Positions 38,760-54,692 of a DNA stretch of 64,000 nt are shown piece after piece. The notes under the pieces were generated by a model. It saw only the letters and a program-made list of their open reading frames with translations. It had not been told where the DNA came from and did no database searches. The DNA is from Eledone cirrhosa (Eukaryota): NCBI GenBank assembly GCA_964016885.1, contig OZ024762.1:17422001-17486000 (forward strand). The letters run 5' to 3'. Position 1 is the first letter of the stretch, and the number at the start of each line of letters is the position of its first letter. The position numbers and the translations under genes were made by a program.

Positions 38760-40617
38760 CGCAAAGACACACACATATATATACATACACGCAGACATAC
38801 ACCTGTGTGTATGTGTATGTGCGTGTGTGCGTGTCTTTGGCTGCTCTCTCTATCTCTCTCTCTCTCTCTCTCTCTCACTGTATATATATACAGACACACA
38901 CTGTTGTTTCCTGATTTTTAGTGCTGTTTCTAAAGTCTCTATTAATATATGCTAGAAATAGCAGCCAAGGGAACATTTACGTATATATATATATGTAAGG
39001 GCAGTGACACCTGCTGCAACAACCATCCAACCTCGTGGGACTTCATCCTCAGACGGGCCACAGACACTCCGATGTTGCGGAGGAGCTCGGCTGTAATGGG
39101 TCCAAGTTGACCTGGGGTCTCGACGGCGGCTGGTGCGTATAGAAGAGGCTCCAGGACAAACACCGGAATTTGTTTATTTTATGTCCATCTGCGAGACGGG
39201 CAGCGATGCTGGGGTTTGTGGATCTACCTCCTTCGAATGGGAAGAGGGTGATTCCCTCGGGGTGCTTGCCATCTCCGCGGCCTAGGCCTGCTCGCTCCTG
39301 TTGAGATGGAAAGTCAGCTGCGTCTAGGCTTCTTCTCATTATGTCGTTGAGAGCATTTATGTGGCTCACACACGCGGAGGCCAAGGCGTTGGGCTACTCC
39401 GATGCGAGTTCACTCATCATCAAGAATTTATTTGAATTGAAAGGTCACTAAACTAATATAGGAGTGTGATTTAAAAATAAGGTAAACAGAAATAGTTACA
39501 CCGGTAACATAATTACTGTTACACCGGTAGTTCACTAACAAATCATTTCACGTTCGTCTCTAACAGGTAATATTTTAATTTGCTCTCCATGTTTGGGAGT
39601 AACTGTAGTTTGGCTTGCTAGGGGTCATACATCTTCATACACATACACACATACATATATACATATGCATATATATAATTATATGTAAATTCAGCTCCGT
39701 ATTTAGGACAAATGAGGCCTGTTCTAGTTATGAGGCCCCTTTCTTGGGCTCAGTAGGATGTAGGCTTGTTAAAATAATTCTTTCGGTAGGAAGATGGGCC
39801 CTTCTGTGTAGATTCCTTCCTTAATATTTCAGATAGGAGGGGCCGTTTCTGTTGTCTTCCTTTAGTTGTTCATTCCTTATTTTCAGTAATGTCCTTTCCG
39901 ACCATAATTATGTCGGCGACGTAAGCATAAGTCTAATTTATTCTTTAATGAAGGGTAGATCCTTCGATAGTGGAGGCCCGTGCTCTTACGATCATATGTG
40001 TATTCGATTCCTGGACTGTGTTGTTAGTTGTTTTACTTGAGCAAAAACTTCATTTCACATAGGTGGGGGGTTAACCCTGCGATCGACTGACATCATGTCC
40101 AGGGGGAAGTCATGTACTCTCAGTCCCATTACGCTACAGGAACTGGGACAGGCACCTGCTTGAGCTGACTTTACACTTTGGAAATCCTTAGATATTCTTC
40201 TTGGTGATATATTTGTTAGCTTTGACTTTAATTCATATGTTGACACCACTAATAATTCATAGATAGAAAAACGTTTGTGGCTTTAGTACACCTTTAAGCT
40301 TTAATTTCAATTACTGACTATGTCTAACGAAGTAATAACTGGAGCGACTAAACCAGGGTTTCCTAACCTGGTGATATCAACCACCGGTGGCTGATTTCAA
40401 CTTTGTCGCTTCGGCCACAAACCCGGGTACCGCGGCCCACGAAGGAAAGGAAGATAAACAAATATCAGAGGATTGTCCGGCTTCTTCCACTTGGCACCTG
40501 TAGCCACCATCACGTATAAGTATAAATATATATATATATATATATACATATCTATCTATCTATATATATATATCATCATTTTCATTTTACATCTGCTTTT
40601 CCCTGTTTGCAAGGGTG

Positions 40618-40653
<36 letters not shown>

Positions 40654-41072
40654 TCCTCATTATAAATCCACTTTTCCCTGCTTATAAGGGTGGGACAGAT
40701 CCTCTTCAGCGCAGCATCTCTCCTTCACCATCTCCTCTGAGCTTCAACGATCTGAGGTCAGCTCTCACTACCTCTGCCCATATCTTCCTCTACTGCATAT
40801 TCCTCCCACTGGGATTACTTGGCACTTCTTCACCCTGCGGTAATCCTGCATACGCATCGCATGGCCATACCAACGCAGTCTTTTCTCCCGCACACTGCAG
40901 TTTATCCTTCTTATAGAGTTTCACTCTCAACTCGTCCATACTTGGTCTTTCACGCACATTGACATTGCACATCCAATGGAGCATGCTTGCTTCATTTCTC
41001 TTCAGCCTTCGCATATCCTCTGCAGTTGCTGCCCATGTCTCACTACCATGCAACATTGTGCATCTCACACAG

Positions 41073-43375
41073 GGTTAAATACTTGCTCAGAGAGGAACAG
41101 ACCCACTTTATCATGTATTTGACCATGGTGCTTGTTGATTGTCATGGCATATGACAGTCTTAATGGAAACTGGGGTCTTTCCAAAGTAAAAGGGATGTTG
41201 GCACCACTGGGAGCTAACTTCAGTCTTGGGATCAAAACACACCTGCCCATCAAAGGACCATAGATATGAGAAGCTTCGATAAAATGTTTATGCAGTTCCA
41301 CTACTTCTAATCTTGTGCCATTACATAATCTGTTCTGGATTGAAATATTCCATAGAAGCATTATTATTGATCCTGCTTTTAATTGGAGTTTGTGAGGCGG
41401 CATCCCAGAAGGTGTAAGCAAGTTCAGAAGTTCATTTAGCTTGAACCAGGCAGCAAGGGTAGTGTCTCGGTGTCCCTGTATTTCTACTGCAACCTGAGCA
41501 TTGCCTCTTTGAAAGTAAACTCTGTTTGTTCTCCAGGTGTGTGTCTAGTTTGTATACTGTATGTGATGTACCATGAAGCTTAAATTCCGAGAGACACGAC
41601 ACTGCTTCTGGCTGAGACACATACCTGCAACAAAGATAGGTTCTTATTTCATCATGGTTGTGTTGGTTCTGAGCCTTATTAGGTAATGCATTATTCGTTA
41701 CTTCTATAGTTGTACAATCATGCCCCATGTAACATATTTAAAGAGGTACTTGACACTTTTTACAGAAGGGCAAGCTTCAACATTAATATGTGCACAATAT
41801 TTCTTAAGCAAAAAGGCATTAAATGGCACAACCTTCCTGTTATCTACTGAATGTCATCCAATTTACACTGCAGTTCCTATACTCTGGGTATCCATTTAGG
41901 TTCAATAATGTTTCCCTTCTGTAGGTTTATGGATAGTTCTTTTGGAAAAATCCATTTTGTATCAATGGGGAAAAAGGGTTTCCAGAACCACATGGCCCAT
42001 GGATCATAAACTTTTAAACCTGCTCATGTAGTACTGGATCATCTTCCAATGCAGGTATTTCTGCTGACACGATTCTGTCAATGTCTTCTCTGTTTCTTAT
42101 CTTGCCTTCATTTCTTAAGGCTCAGTGTTATCATCTGTTTAGATAATTCATTAAACCATTATACTCATCCACTCACAATTGGGCTTGATTGTTCCTCAAA
42201 TATTGAAGCCTGCATCCCTCTACTTTCATATAGGCATCCACTAAATACTGCTAAAATAATTTACCTGCCCTATATATCGCACTAAATCCTCCTCTATATG
42301 CTATACAGTATATGTAATACTCCTGCATTGTCAGTCTATTGCAAACACAGGTCCTGCATTCCTCTCCATGTCACTATGCCACCAAAATTCACCATTATGG
42401 GTCGGTCATGAATTATGTGGTATTTTCTGAGGAGGATGGTCTTTAGGAAAGATGATAATATCTCTTTGTACAGGTGGTGTGCCCTCAATCCCCCACAAAA
42501 CAACAGCTATCATTACTAGTTGGTAAATTATCGCAGCTCATATCTGATCCTCTTTTAAATCTTAATTCACACTTCTGTACACGACAATTTCCTCTTCTTG
42601 CACTTTGCTGTTTGATGCCATGCATTGTATTGTACACTTCGACATATGGATTACATTCATGCAACACCTCTCTTATCATAGTCATTTTTTGTGGTGAGCA
42701 GTCATTATTTGTTGGCACTAGGGCAGTGGATTGGCAGTATCGGTAGAGCGTCAGACACCATGCTTTGCAGCATAGGGTTATGGCCCATTACGTTCTGGGT
42801 CCAAATCCCTCCAAGGTGGACTTTGTTTTCATCCTTAGGTCGATAAATAAAGTACCAGCAATACACTGGAGTAATTGCTGACCTTGTGCCAGTTATAATT
42901 ATTTGGTGGTACTTCCAATCTGTGCTACACAGCTTCATTCCCATCAATAATATATAACTGGCCATATTGTGGTGTATTTTCTGCAGGTTACAGAGGTGGG
43001 GGTGTAGTGATATGTTTGACCCTGAATATGAAAGCTATACGGGCCTCTGCCGGGTGGTAAGGCAAGTTTAACACGAAATGAAGTGAAATAAATGTAGTTT
43101 TAATTGCAGATGTTTCTGTGAAATCAACTGCTTCTTGGCCTCTTTCAAAGAGATTTCTCAGTCTCTCAGGGTATATTTGTAATGGAGGCATCACAACCTT
43201 TCCTTTATTACAACAGTTACAATTTTCATTTCTAAATTTCAAAGCTCCACAGTGATCACACGAAACATTCATATCACTAATATGAAATTCTTCTACATTT
43301 CCATTAATATTAATTGTTGGCCAATTTCTCTTACGACGCTCATTATCCATTCTTCTCTGTCTGAATGTTTTCCAT
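41073..43375 (-). mobile_element. degenerate Helitron Rep/Hel (unit 3)
   Basis: Copy of 24338-26640. Confidence 0.88.
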
Positions 43376-45604
43376 TCTGTTGTTTATTATGTAATTAAAT
43401 AGCTCTGTACAATACAGAGAGCGCTCTTCTTTTCTTTACCTTTTCTATGGAAATACAAGAACAAACACATATATATATATATGTATATAAATAAACAAGA
43501 CTGTTATTTCTCCAACCTGTCTATTTACCTTCGATAACTAAATATAAATACACCTATACCATACATACATATACAATATTTGTTTTTGATGCCGTGGTAT
43601 AGCAGAGATAAGAAAGAAGAGAAAAGAAAATGAAAAGGAGAAAAAAAAAGAAGTAAGAAGTCGGGGGAGGGACAGACACTTAACCCCAGTTTAAGTGGTC
43701 CCTCAGCCGCAACTCGTGGAAGAAACGTAAAAGCGTTACCTCGGAGCAAGGCCAGAGACACCTGCTACAATAGTCGCCCTTCCTCGCGAGGCTCCTGCCG
43801 TCTTTCCTCCCGACTTTATGGAGGAAATCAGCAGTACGGGGACCAAGTATGGCAGAGGTCTCAATGGAGTGGAAGAGGTGAGTCAGGCCTCGGTACTGTC
43901 TTACTCTCCTCTGCATTGCGGGGTGTGGAGCCTAGGATTGTGGCTGTAGCTATATTTGAACTTTTATATGAAATTTCAGTTTTATATTTTTCACATCTTA
44001 AAACTTAATCTTAGTCTTTTGCAGCTCATCTTGTTTCATCTCGCAGCACACGATTTGGGAACCACTGCTCTAGAGATAGAAAAAGTATATTTTATGCAGG
44101 GTTTCCCTGAGACATAAAAACTATTTCAAGAGATCGACATGGGTAGAAAGGTTGAGAAATGCTGCACAATGTTCTTTGGGTTTTGTTCACCTTTAAATAA
44201 TCATGTATAAAATATCGGGTGTGCAAGATTTCATGAAAAGGTATAACATTATTTATGCTGATCTTGCAGGGACTAGCTCCAATTGAGAGTTGTACCAATT
44301 CCCACTAAACTCGAAACTCCTGGACAATATATACATATCTTTATAAGTTCCTGTGTATTGTGTCGCTGTATAATGAAACATAAATATATACCATGCATGT
44401 CAGTCAGATTTGAACTCAGTATATTTGGCGTTTTATAGATATAATTTGTTTGTGAAAAGAATTGATTAAATAATAACTAAATAAAATTAATTCTACAATC
44501 CTGGATAGGGAATGAACTTATAACTTCATAATAGAAACCATCTATTCGAGCAGTATTGCCACCAGGTTACTTACAGAACTTCATTCAAATATAAAGTATA
44601 AAATATATGTCAGACAGTGAGTTCGAATCTAACTGATTAGTTGCCAACAGTTTAAATCGCCAACCGGTAGGTGATATCGACTAGGTTGGGAAAACTTGGT
44701 TAAGTAGCTCCAGTTATTGCTACGTTAGACATATTCAAGACTTATCGAGACCGAATGGAAGAAAGGTAAAGTTGAAATCAGAGTAAAGAACTGGAAAAAT
44801 ACTGCAAAGAATTCTATCGGATGTTCTAACAATTCTACCAAATTACCTTATGTATATAAATTTATATCTGGAGATAAGAAGAAAACTGAAAGAAAGAAAA
44901 AAAAAAAAAAAATGAAACTTTATATGTAACCCAGGATTGAAACCGAAACCAGGACCTCCACCATCTCTGGTATCACCCACCAGACCACCATGAAAGATAC
45001 AAAAATCTGCTTTTTTAATATTTATAAGCCTACTTTCAATATTAAAGTAATTAACATGTGGTGTTGTTCATGCCTTTCTCTATGTTATTGGTAAAAAATA
45101 AAGTATTTAAACCTCAAATTTTGTTATTCAAATATGCTTGCTTATGTAATTATTAATGTCGCAGAATACACACGCATATATAGATGTGAAAATATTCAGG
45201 ACCCCAACGGCTGTGCTATTGCCGTTTCGACATCTATATATATATCTTTTAGTCCTAGGCTCTTTCAGCGCAGAAAGAATTCTCCAATGATTACAACCAG
45301 CTAATGGTGCCCAGTGGAAGCACTTTAGTCTAATTATAACCCCAACGATCACGACTAGCGGCGGCTTTTTCGAGTCTGAGGTTGACTGCCAGATATATAT
45401 ATATATATATTGTTATACTTTGCTAGAATCCCGGAGAACAACAGAAAGATGCTGAGTTCAGAGTATAAAAAACAATAGAAAGAAGGGCATAAATAAATAT
45501 ATATCAGTGGTTTAAAACCTTCTCTGCACCATGTCCCACCACGACATTTAAAATATGTTTATATCCCCCTTTAATATAAAAACAATCCGAGTCTTGTAAA
45601 AGTG

Positions 45605-46331
45605 TTATTACTGTAATATAAAGTAGAAACTGTTTATTTAAACAAAGCTGCGATGCAGCGATCATCAAAGCAAACCCCAAAATGTCAACAAACTTCTCGC
45701 AGGTGCTGCCAGATACACGATAACGTGTATACGAAGTGTAACAGGGAGTTGGGTCGTATTATATCTCTTTCAAATTGACCCCTATTATATTCAAATTATC
45801 CCCTGTGGGGCGTGCACCCCACGTTGAGAATCCCTCATAAATAAATATATGTGAGTGTGTTGCTATGACTGCTATTTCTAGCAGGTTTATTGCAGTCCTG
45901 TAGACGCACACCAAAAACCGGAAGTGGCAGCCATTAAAAAACTTTGGCTTAAAATCAGGCAAAAGTTTTTTAACAATTTGCCAAGAAAGATAACTCTTGT
46001 CTTACTTAATCGCAAAAATCGAGGCAAAAATTTTGCGGGTGTGCAGTTTGTTTGGTGTATTTGACTGCTTTTTCTAACATATATGGAAACTTTAGAAATA
46101 GCAGCGAAACACGGAAAACATAAGAAAGAAGGACACACACGTATATATATATATATTTAATTATGTATCTGTATATATATATATATACATATATATATGC
46201 ACAGATATATATACATTTAAATATTTATATATATATACACGCGCGCACACACACCTATACGTAGATATGGGTGTGTGTATAGCTGGTATATATATATATA
46301 TATATATATATGTATGGGTGAGTGTATAGCT

Positions 46332-46375
<44 letters not shown>

Positions 46376-46895
46376 GGTGTGTGTCCTTCTTTCTGCTGTC
46401 TTCCGTTTTTCGCTGCTATTTCTAAAGTGTCCATACATGCTAGAATTAGCAGTCAAATACACCAAACAAACTGCACACCCGCAAAATTTTTGCCTCGATT
46501 TTTGCGATTAAGTAAGACAAGAGTTATCTTTCTTGGCAAATTGTTAAAAAACTTTTGCCTGATTTTAAGCCAAACTTTTTTAATGGCTGCCACTTCCGGT
46601 TTTTGTTGTGCGTCTACAGGACTGCAGTAAACCTGCTAGAAATAGCAGTCATGCAACACACTCACATATATTTATTTATGAGGGATTCTCAACGTGGGGT
46701 GCACGCCCCACAGGGGATAATTTGAATATAATAGGGGTCAACTTGAAAGTGATATAATACGACCAAGCTTCCAGATACACTTCGTATACACATGTTATCG
46801 TGTATCTGGCAGCACCTACGAGAAGTTTGTTTTGATCATCGCTGCATCGCAGCTTTGTTTAAATAAGGGGTTTCTACTTTATATTACAGTAATAA
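45605..46895. repeat. long inverted repeat (unit 4)
   Basis: As in unit 1. Confidence 0.92.
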
Positions 46896-47034
46896 ATGTT
46901 TTACTTCGTCTACACATGTTATCGTGTATCCGGCAGCACCTATGGGCTGTTTGTTTACCGTTTGGTGTTTAATTTGATTATCGCTTCATAGCAGGTTTGT
47001 TTAATTAAAGGTTGCGAGGGGGATCACTGATATA

Positions 47035-47066
<32 letters not shown>

Positions 47067-49364
47067 ACGCAAAGACACACACATATATATACATACACCT
47101 GTGTGTATGTGTATGTGCGTGTCTTTGGTTGCTCTCTCTATATATATATCTCTCTCTCTCTCTCTTTCTCTCTGTGTATATATATACAGACACACACTGT
47201 TGTTTCCTAATTTTTAGTGCTGTCTCTAAAGTGTCTATTAATATATGCTAGAAATAGCAGTCAAGGGAACATTTACGTATATATATGTAAGGGCAGTGAC
47301 ACCTGCTGCAACAACCATCCAACCTCGTGGGACTCCATCCTCAGACGGGCCACAGACACTCCAATGTTGCGGAGGAGCTCGGCTGTAATGGGTCCAAGTT
47401 GACCTGGGGTCTCGACGGCGGCTGGTGCGTATAGAAGAGGCTCCAGGACAAACACCGGAATTTGTTTATTTTATGTTCATCTGCGAGACGGGCAGCGATG
47501 CTGGGATTTGTGGATCTACCTCCTTCGAATGGGAAGAGGGTGATTCCCTCGGGGTGCTTGCCATCTCCGCGGCCTAGGCCTGCTGGCTCCTGTTGAGATG
47601 GAAAGTCAGCTGCGTCTAGGCTTCTTCTCATTATGTCGTTGAGAGCATTTATGTGGCTCACACACGCGGAGGCCAAGGCGTTGGGCTACTCCGATGCGAG
47701 TTCACTCATCATCAAGAATTTATTTGAATTGAAAGGTCACTAAACTAATATAGGAGTGTGATTTAAAAATAAGGTAAACAGAAATAGTTACACCGGTAAC
47801 ATAATTACTGTTACACCGGTAGTTCACTAACAAATCATTTCACGTTCGTCTCTAACAGGTAATATTTTAATTTGCTCTCCATGTTTGGGAGTAACTGTAG
47901 TTTGGCTTGCTAGGGGTCATACATCTTCATACACATACACACATACATATATACATATGCATATATATAATTATATGTAAATTCAGCTCCGTATTTAGGA
48001 AATGAGGCCTGTTCTAGTTACGAGGCCCCTTTCTTGGGCTCAGTAGGATGTAGGCTTGTTAAAATAATTCTTTCGGTAGGAAGATGGGCCCTTCTGTGTA
48101 GATTCCTTCCTTAATATTTCAGATAGGAGGGACCGTTTCTGTTGTCTTCCTTTAGTTGTTCATTCCTTATTTTCAGTAATGTCCTTTCCGACCATAATTA
48201 TGTCGGCGACGTAAGCATAAGTCTAATTTATTCTTTAATGAAGGGTAGATCCTTCGATAGTGGAGGCCCGTGGTCTTACGATCATATGTGTATTCGATTC
48301 CTGGACTGTGTTGTTAGTTGTTTTACTTGAGCAAAAACTTCATTTCACATAGGTGGGGGGTTAACCCTGCGATCGACTGACATCATGTCCAGGGGGAAGT
48401 CATGTACTCTCAGTCTCTTTACGCTACAGGAACTGGGACAGGCACCTGCTTGAGCTGACTTTACACTTTGGAAATCCTTAGATATTCTTCTTGGTGATAT
48501 ATTTGTTAGCTTTGACTTTAATTCATCTGTTTACACCACTAATAATTCATAGATAGAAAAACGTTTGTGGCTTTAGTACACCTTTAAGCTTTAATTTCAA
48601 TTACTGACTATGTCTAACGAAGTAATAACTGGAGCGACTAAACCAGGGTTTCCTAACCTGGTGATATCCACCACCGGTGAGTGATTTCAACTTGGTCTCT
48701 TCGGCCACAAACCCAGGTACCGCGGCCCACGAAGGAAAGGAAGATAAACAAATATCAGAGGATTGTCCGGCTTCTTCCACTTGGCACCTGTAGCCACCAT
48801 CACGTATAAGTATAAATATATATATATATATATATATACATATCTATCTATCTATCTATATATATATCATCATTTTCATTTTACATCTGCTTTTCCCTGT
48901 TTGCAAGGGTGGGACATATATATATATATATATCATCCTCATTATACATCCACTTTTCCCTGCTTATAAGGGTGGGACAGATCCTCTTCAGCGCAGCATC
49001 TCTCCTTCACCATCTCCTCTGAGCTTCAACGATCTGAGGTCAGCTCTCACTACCTCTGCCCATATCTTCCTTGGTCTTCCTCTACTGCATATTCCTCCCA
49101 CTGGGATTACTTGGCACTTCTTCACCCTGCGGTAATCCTGCATACGCATCGCATGGCCATACCAACGCAGTCTTTTCTCCCGCACACTGCAGTTTATCCT
49201 TCTTATAGAGTTTCACTTTCAACTCGTCCATACTTGGTCTTTCACGCACATTGACATTGCACATCCAATGGAGCATGCTTGCTTCATTTCTCTTCAGCCT
49301 TCGCATATCCTCTGCAGTTGCTGCCCATGTCTCACTACCATGCAACATTGTGCATCTCACACAG

Positions 49365-51670
49365 GGTTAAATACTTGCTCAGAGAGGAACAGACCCACTT
49401 TATCATGTATTTGACCATGGTTCTTGTTGATTGTCATGGCATATGACAGTCTTAATGGAAACTGGGGTCTTTCCAAAGTAAAAAGGATGTTGGCACCACT
49501 GGGAGCTAACTTCAGTCTTGGGATCAAAACACACCTGCCCATCAAAGGACCATAGATATGAGAAGCTTCGATAAAATGTTTATGCAGTTCCACTACTTCT
49601 AATCTTGTGCCATTACATAATCTGTTCTGGATTGAAATATTCCATAGAAGCATTATTATTGATCCTGCTTTTAATTGGAGTTTGTGAGGCGGCATCCCAG
49701 AAGGTGTAAGCAAGTTCAGAAGTTCATTTAGCTTGAACCAGGCAGCAAGGGTAGTGTCTCGGTGTCCCTGTATTTCTACTGCAACCTGAGCATTGCCTCT
49801 TTGAAAGTAAACTCTGTTTGTTCTCCAGCTGTGTGTCTAGTTTGTATACTGTATGTGATGTACCATGAAGCTTAAATTCCGAGAGACACGACACTGCTTC
49901 TGGCTGAGACACATACCTGCAACAAAGATAGGTTCTTATTTCATCATGGTTGTGTTGGTTCTGAGCCTTATTAGGTAATGCATTATTCGTTACTTCTATA
50001 GTTGTACAATCATGCCCCATGTAACATATTTAAAGAGGTACTTGACACTTTTTACAGAAGGGCAAGCTTCAACATTAATATGTGCACAATATTTCTTAAG
50101 CAAAAAGGCATTAAATGGCACAACCTTCCTGTTATCTACTGAATGTCATCCAATTTACACTGCAGTTCCTGTACTCTGGGTATCCATTTAGGTTCAATAA
50201 TGTTTCCCTTCTGTAGGTTTATGGATAGTTCTTTTGGAAAAATCCATTTTGTATAAATGGGGAAAAAGGGTTTCCAGAACCACATGGCCCGTGGATCATA
50301 AACTTTTAAACCTGCTCATGTAGTACTGGATCATCTTCCAATGCAGGTATTTCTGCTGACACGATTCTGTCAATGTCTTCTCTGTTTCTTATCTTGCCTT
50401 CATTTCTTAAGGCTCAGTGTTATCATCTGTTTAGATAATTCATTAAACCATTATACTCATCCACTCACAATTGGGCTTGATTGTTCCTCAAATATTGAAG
50501 CCTGCATCCCTCTACTTTCACATAGGCATCCATTAAATACTGCTAAAATAATTTACCTGCCCTATATATCGCACTAAATCCTCCTCTATATGCTATACAG
50601 TATATGTAATACTCCTGCATTGTCAGTCTATTGCAAACACAGGTCCTGCATTCCTCTCCATGTCACTATGCCACCAAAATTCACCATTATGGGTCGGTCA
50701 TGAATTATGTGGTATTTTCTGAGGAGGATGGTCTTTAGGAAAGATGATAATATCTCTTTGTACAGGTGGTGTGCCCTCAATCCCCCACAAAACAACAGCT
50801 ATCATTACTAGTTGGTAAATTATCGCAGCTCATATCTGATCCTCTTTTAAATCTTAATTCACACTTCTGTACACGACAATTTCCTCTTCTTGCACTTTGC
50901 TGTTTGATGCCATGCATTGTATTGTACACTTCGACATATGGATTACATTCATGCAACACCTCTCTTATCATAGTCATTTTTTGTGGTGAGCAGTCATTAT
51001 TTGTTGGCACTAGGGCAGTGGATTGGCAGTATCGGTAGAGCGTCAGACACCATGCTTTGCAGCATAGGGTTATGGCCCATTACGTTCTGGGTCCAAATCC
51101 CTCCAAGGTTGACTTTGTTTTCATCCTTATGAGGTCGATAAATAAAGTACCAGTAATACACTGGAGTAATTGCTGACCTTGTGCCAGAAACAATTATTTG
51201 GTGGTACTTCCAATCTGTGCTACACAGCTTCATTCCCATCAATAATATATAACTGGCCATATTGTGGTGTATTTTCTGCAGGTTACAGAGGTGGGGGTGT
51301 AGTGATATGTTTGACCCTGAATATGAAAGCTATACGGGCCTCTGCCGGGTGGTAAGGCAAGTTTAACACGAAATGAAGTGAAATGAATGTAGTTTTAATT
51401 GCAGATGTTTCTGTGAAATCAACTGCTTCCTGGCCTCTTTCAAAGAGATTTCTCAGTCTCTCAGGGTATATTTGTAATGGAGGCATCACAACCTTTCCTT
51501 TATTACAACAGTTACAATTTTCATTTCTAAATTTCAAAGCTCCACAGTGATCACACGAAACATTCATATCACTAATATGAAATTCTTCTACATTTCCATT
51601 AATATTAATTGTTGGCCAATTTCTCTTACGACGCTCATTATCCATTCTTCTCTGTCTGAATGTTTTCCAT
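49365..51670 (-). mobile_element. degenerate Helitron Rep/Hel (unit 4)
   Basis: Copy of 24338-26640. Confidence 0.88.
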
Positions 51671-53885
51671 TCTGTTGTTTATTATGTAATTAAATAGCTC
51701 TGTACAATACAGAGAGCACTCTTCTTTTCTTTACCTTTTCTATGGAAATACAAGAACAAACATATATATATATATATATATGTATATAAATAAACAAGAC
51801 TGTTATTTCTCCAACCAGTCTATTTACCTTCGATAACTAAATATAAATACACCTATACCATACATACATATACAATATTTGTTTTTGATGCCGTGGTATA
51901 GCAGAGATAAGCAAGAAGAGAAGAGAAAATGAAAAGGAGAAAAAAAAAAGTAAGAAGTCGGGGGAGGGACAGACACTTCACCCCAGTCTAAGTGGTCCCT
52001 CAGCCGCAACTCGTGGAAGAAACGTAAAAGCGTTACCTCGGAGCAAGGCCAGAGACACCTGCTACAATAGTCGCCCTTCCTCGCGAGGCTCCTGCCGTCT
52101 TTCCTCCCGACTTTATGGAGGAAATCAGCAGTACGGGGACCAAGTATGGCAGAGGTCTCAATGGAGTGGAAGAGGTGAGTCAGGCCTCGGTACTATCTTA
52201 CTCTCCTCTGCATTGCGGGGTGTGGAGCCTAGGATTGTGGCTGTAGCTATATTTGAACTTTTATATGAAATTTCAGTTTTATATTTTTCACATCTTAAAA
52301 CTTAATCTTAGTCTTTTGCAGCTCATCTTGTTTCATCTCGCAGCACACGATTTGGGAACCACTGCTCTAGAGATAGAAAAAGTATATTTTATGCAGGGTT
52401 TCCCTGAGACATAAAAACTATTTCAAGAGATCGACATGGGTAGAAAGGTTGAGAAATGCTGCACAATGTTCTTTGGGTTTTGTTCACCTTTAAATAATCA
52501 TGTATAAAATATCGGGTGTGCAAGATTTCATGAAAAGGTATAACATTATTTATGCTGATCTTGCAGGGACTAGCTCCAATTGAGAGTTGTACCAATTCCC
52601 ACTAAACTCGAAACTCCTGGACAATATATACATATCTTTATAAGTTCCTGTGTATTGTGTCGCTGTATAATGAAACATAAATATATACCATGCATGTCAG
52701 TCAGATTTGAACTCACTATATTTGGCGTTTTATAGATATAATTTGTTTGTTAAAAGAATTGATTAAATAATAACTAAATAAAATTAATTCTACAATCCTG
52801 GATAGGGAATGAACTTATAACTTCATAATAGAAACCATCTATTCGAGCAGTATTGCCACCAGGTTACTTACAGAACTTCATTCAAATATAAAGTATAAAA
52901 TATATGTCAGACAGTGAGTTCGAATCTAACTGATTAGTTGCCAACCGGTAGGTGATATCGACTAGGTTGGGAAAACTTGGTTAAGTAGCTCCAGTTATTG
53001 CTACGTTAGACATATTCAAGACTTATCGAGACCGAATGGAAGAAAGGTAAAGTTGAAATCAGAGTAAAGAACTGGAAAAATACTGCAAAGAATTCTATCG
53101 GATGTTCTAACAATTCTACCAAATTACCTTATGTATATAAATTTATATCTGGAGATAAGAAGAAAACTGAAAGAAAGAAAAAAAAAAAAAAAATGAAACT
53201 TTATATGTAACCCAGGATTGAAACCGAAACCAGGACCTCCACCATCTCTGGTATCACCCACCAGACCACCATGAAAGATACAAAAATCTGCTTTTTTAAT
53301 ATTTATAAGCCTACTTTCAATATTAAAGTAATTAACATGTGGTGTTGTTCATGCCTTTCTCTATGTTATTGGTAAAAAATAAAGTATTTAAACCTCAAAT
53401 TTTGTTATTCAAATATGCTTGCTTATGTAATTATTAATGTCGCAGAATACACACGCATATATAGATGTGAAAATATTCAGGACCCCAACGGCTGTGCTAT
53501 TGCCGTTTCGACATCTATATATATATCTTTTAGTCCTAGGCTCTTTCAGCGCAGAAAGAATTCTCCAATGATTACAACCAGCTAATGGTGCCCAGTGGAA
53601 GCACTTTAGTCTAATTATAACCCCAACGATCACGACTAGCGGCGGCTTTTTCGAGTCTGAGGTTGACTGCCAGATATATATATATATATATTGTTATACT
53701 TTGCTAGAATCCCGGAGAACAACAGAAAGATGCTGAGTTCAGAGTATAAAAAACAATAGAAAGAAGGGCATAAATAAATATATATCAGTGGTTTAAAACC
53801 TTCTCTGCACCATGTCCCACCACGACATTTAAAATATGTTTATATCCCCCTTTAATATAAAAACAATCCGAGTCTTGTAAAAGTG

Positions 53886-54612
53886 TTATTACTGTAATAT
53901 AAAGTAGAAACTGTTTATTTAAACAAAGCTGCGATGCAGCGATCATCAAAGCAAACCCCAAAATGTCAACAAACTTCTCGCAGGTGCTGCCAGATACACG
54001 ATAACGTGTATACGAAGTGTAACAGGGAGTTGGGTCGTATTATATCTCTTTCAAATTGACCCCTATTATATTCAAATTATCCCCTGTGGGGCGTGCACCC
54101 CACGTTGAGAATCCCTCATAAATAAATATATGTGAGTGTGTTGCTATGACTGCTATTTCTAGCAGGTTTATTGCAGTCCTGTAGACGCACACCAAAAACC
54201 GGAAGTGGCAGCCATTAAAAAACTTTGGCTTAAAATCAGGCAAAAGTTTTTTAACAATTTGCCAAGAAAGATAACTCTTGTCTTACTTAATCGCAAAAAT
54301 CGAGGCAAAAATTTTGCGGGTGTGCAGTTTGTTTGGTGTATTTGACTGCTTTTTCTAACATATATGGAAACTTTAGAAATAGCAGCGAAACACGGAAAAC
54401 ATAAGAAAGAAGGACACACACGTATATATATATATATTTAATTATGTATCTGTATATATATATATATACATATATATATGCACAGATATATATACATTTA
54501 AATATTTATATATATATACACGCGCGCACACACACCTATACGTAGATATGGGTGTGTGTATAGCTGGTATATATATATATATATATATATATGTATGGGT
54601 GAGTGTATAGCT

Positions 54613-54692
<80 letters not shown>

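Larger units (their letters stand above)
35609..44002. repeat. array unit 3 (divergent palindrome variant)
   Basis: Same content; private variants concentrated at ~37630-40450. Confidence 0.9.
44003..52299. repeat. array unit 4
   Basis: Same content and order. Confidence 0.9.
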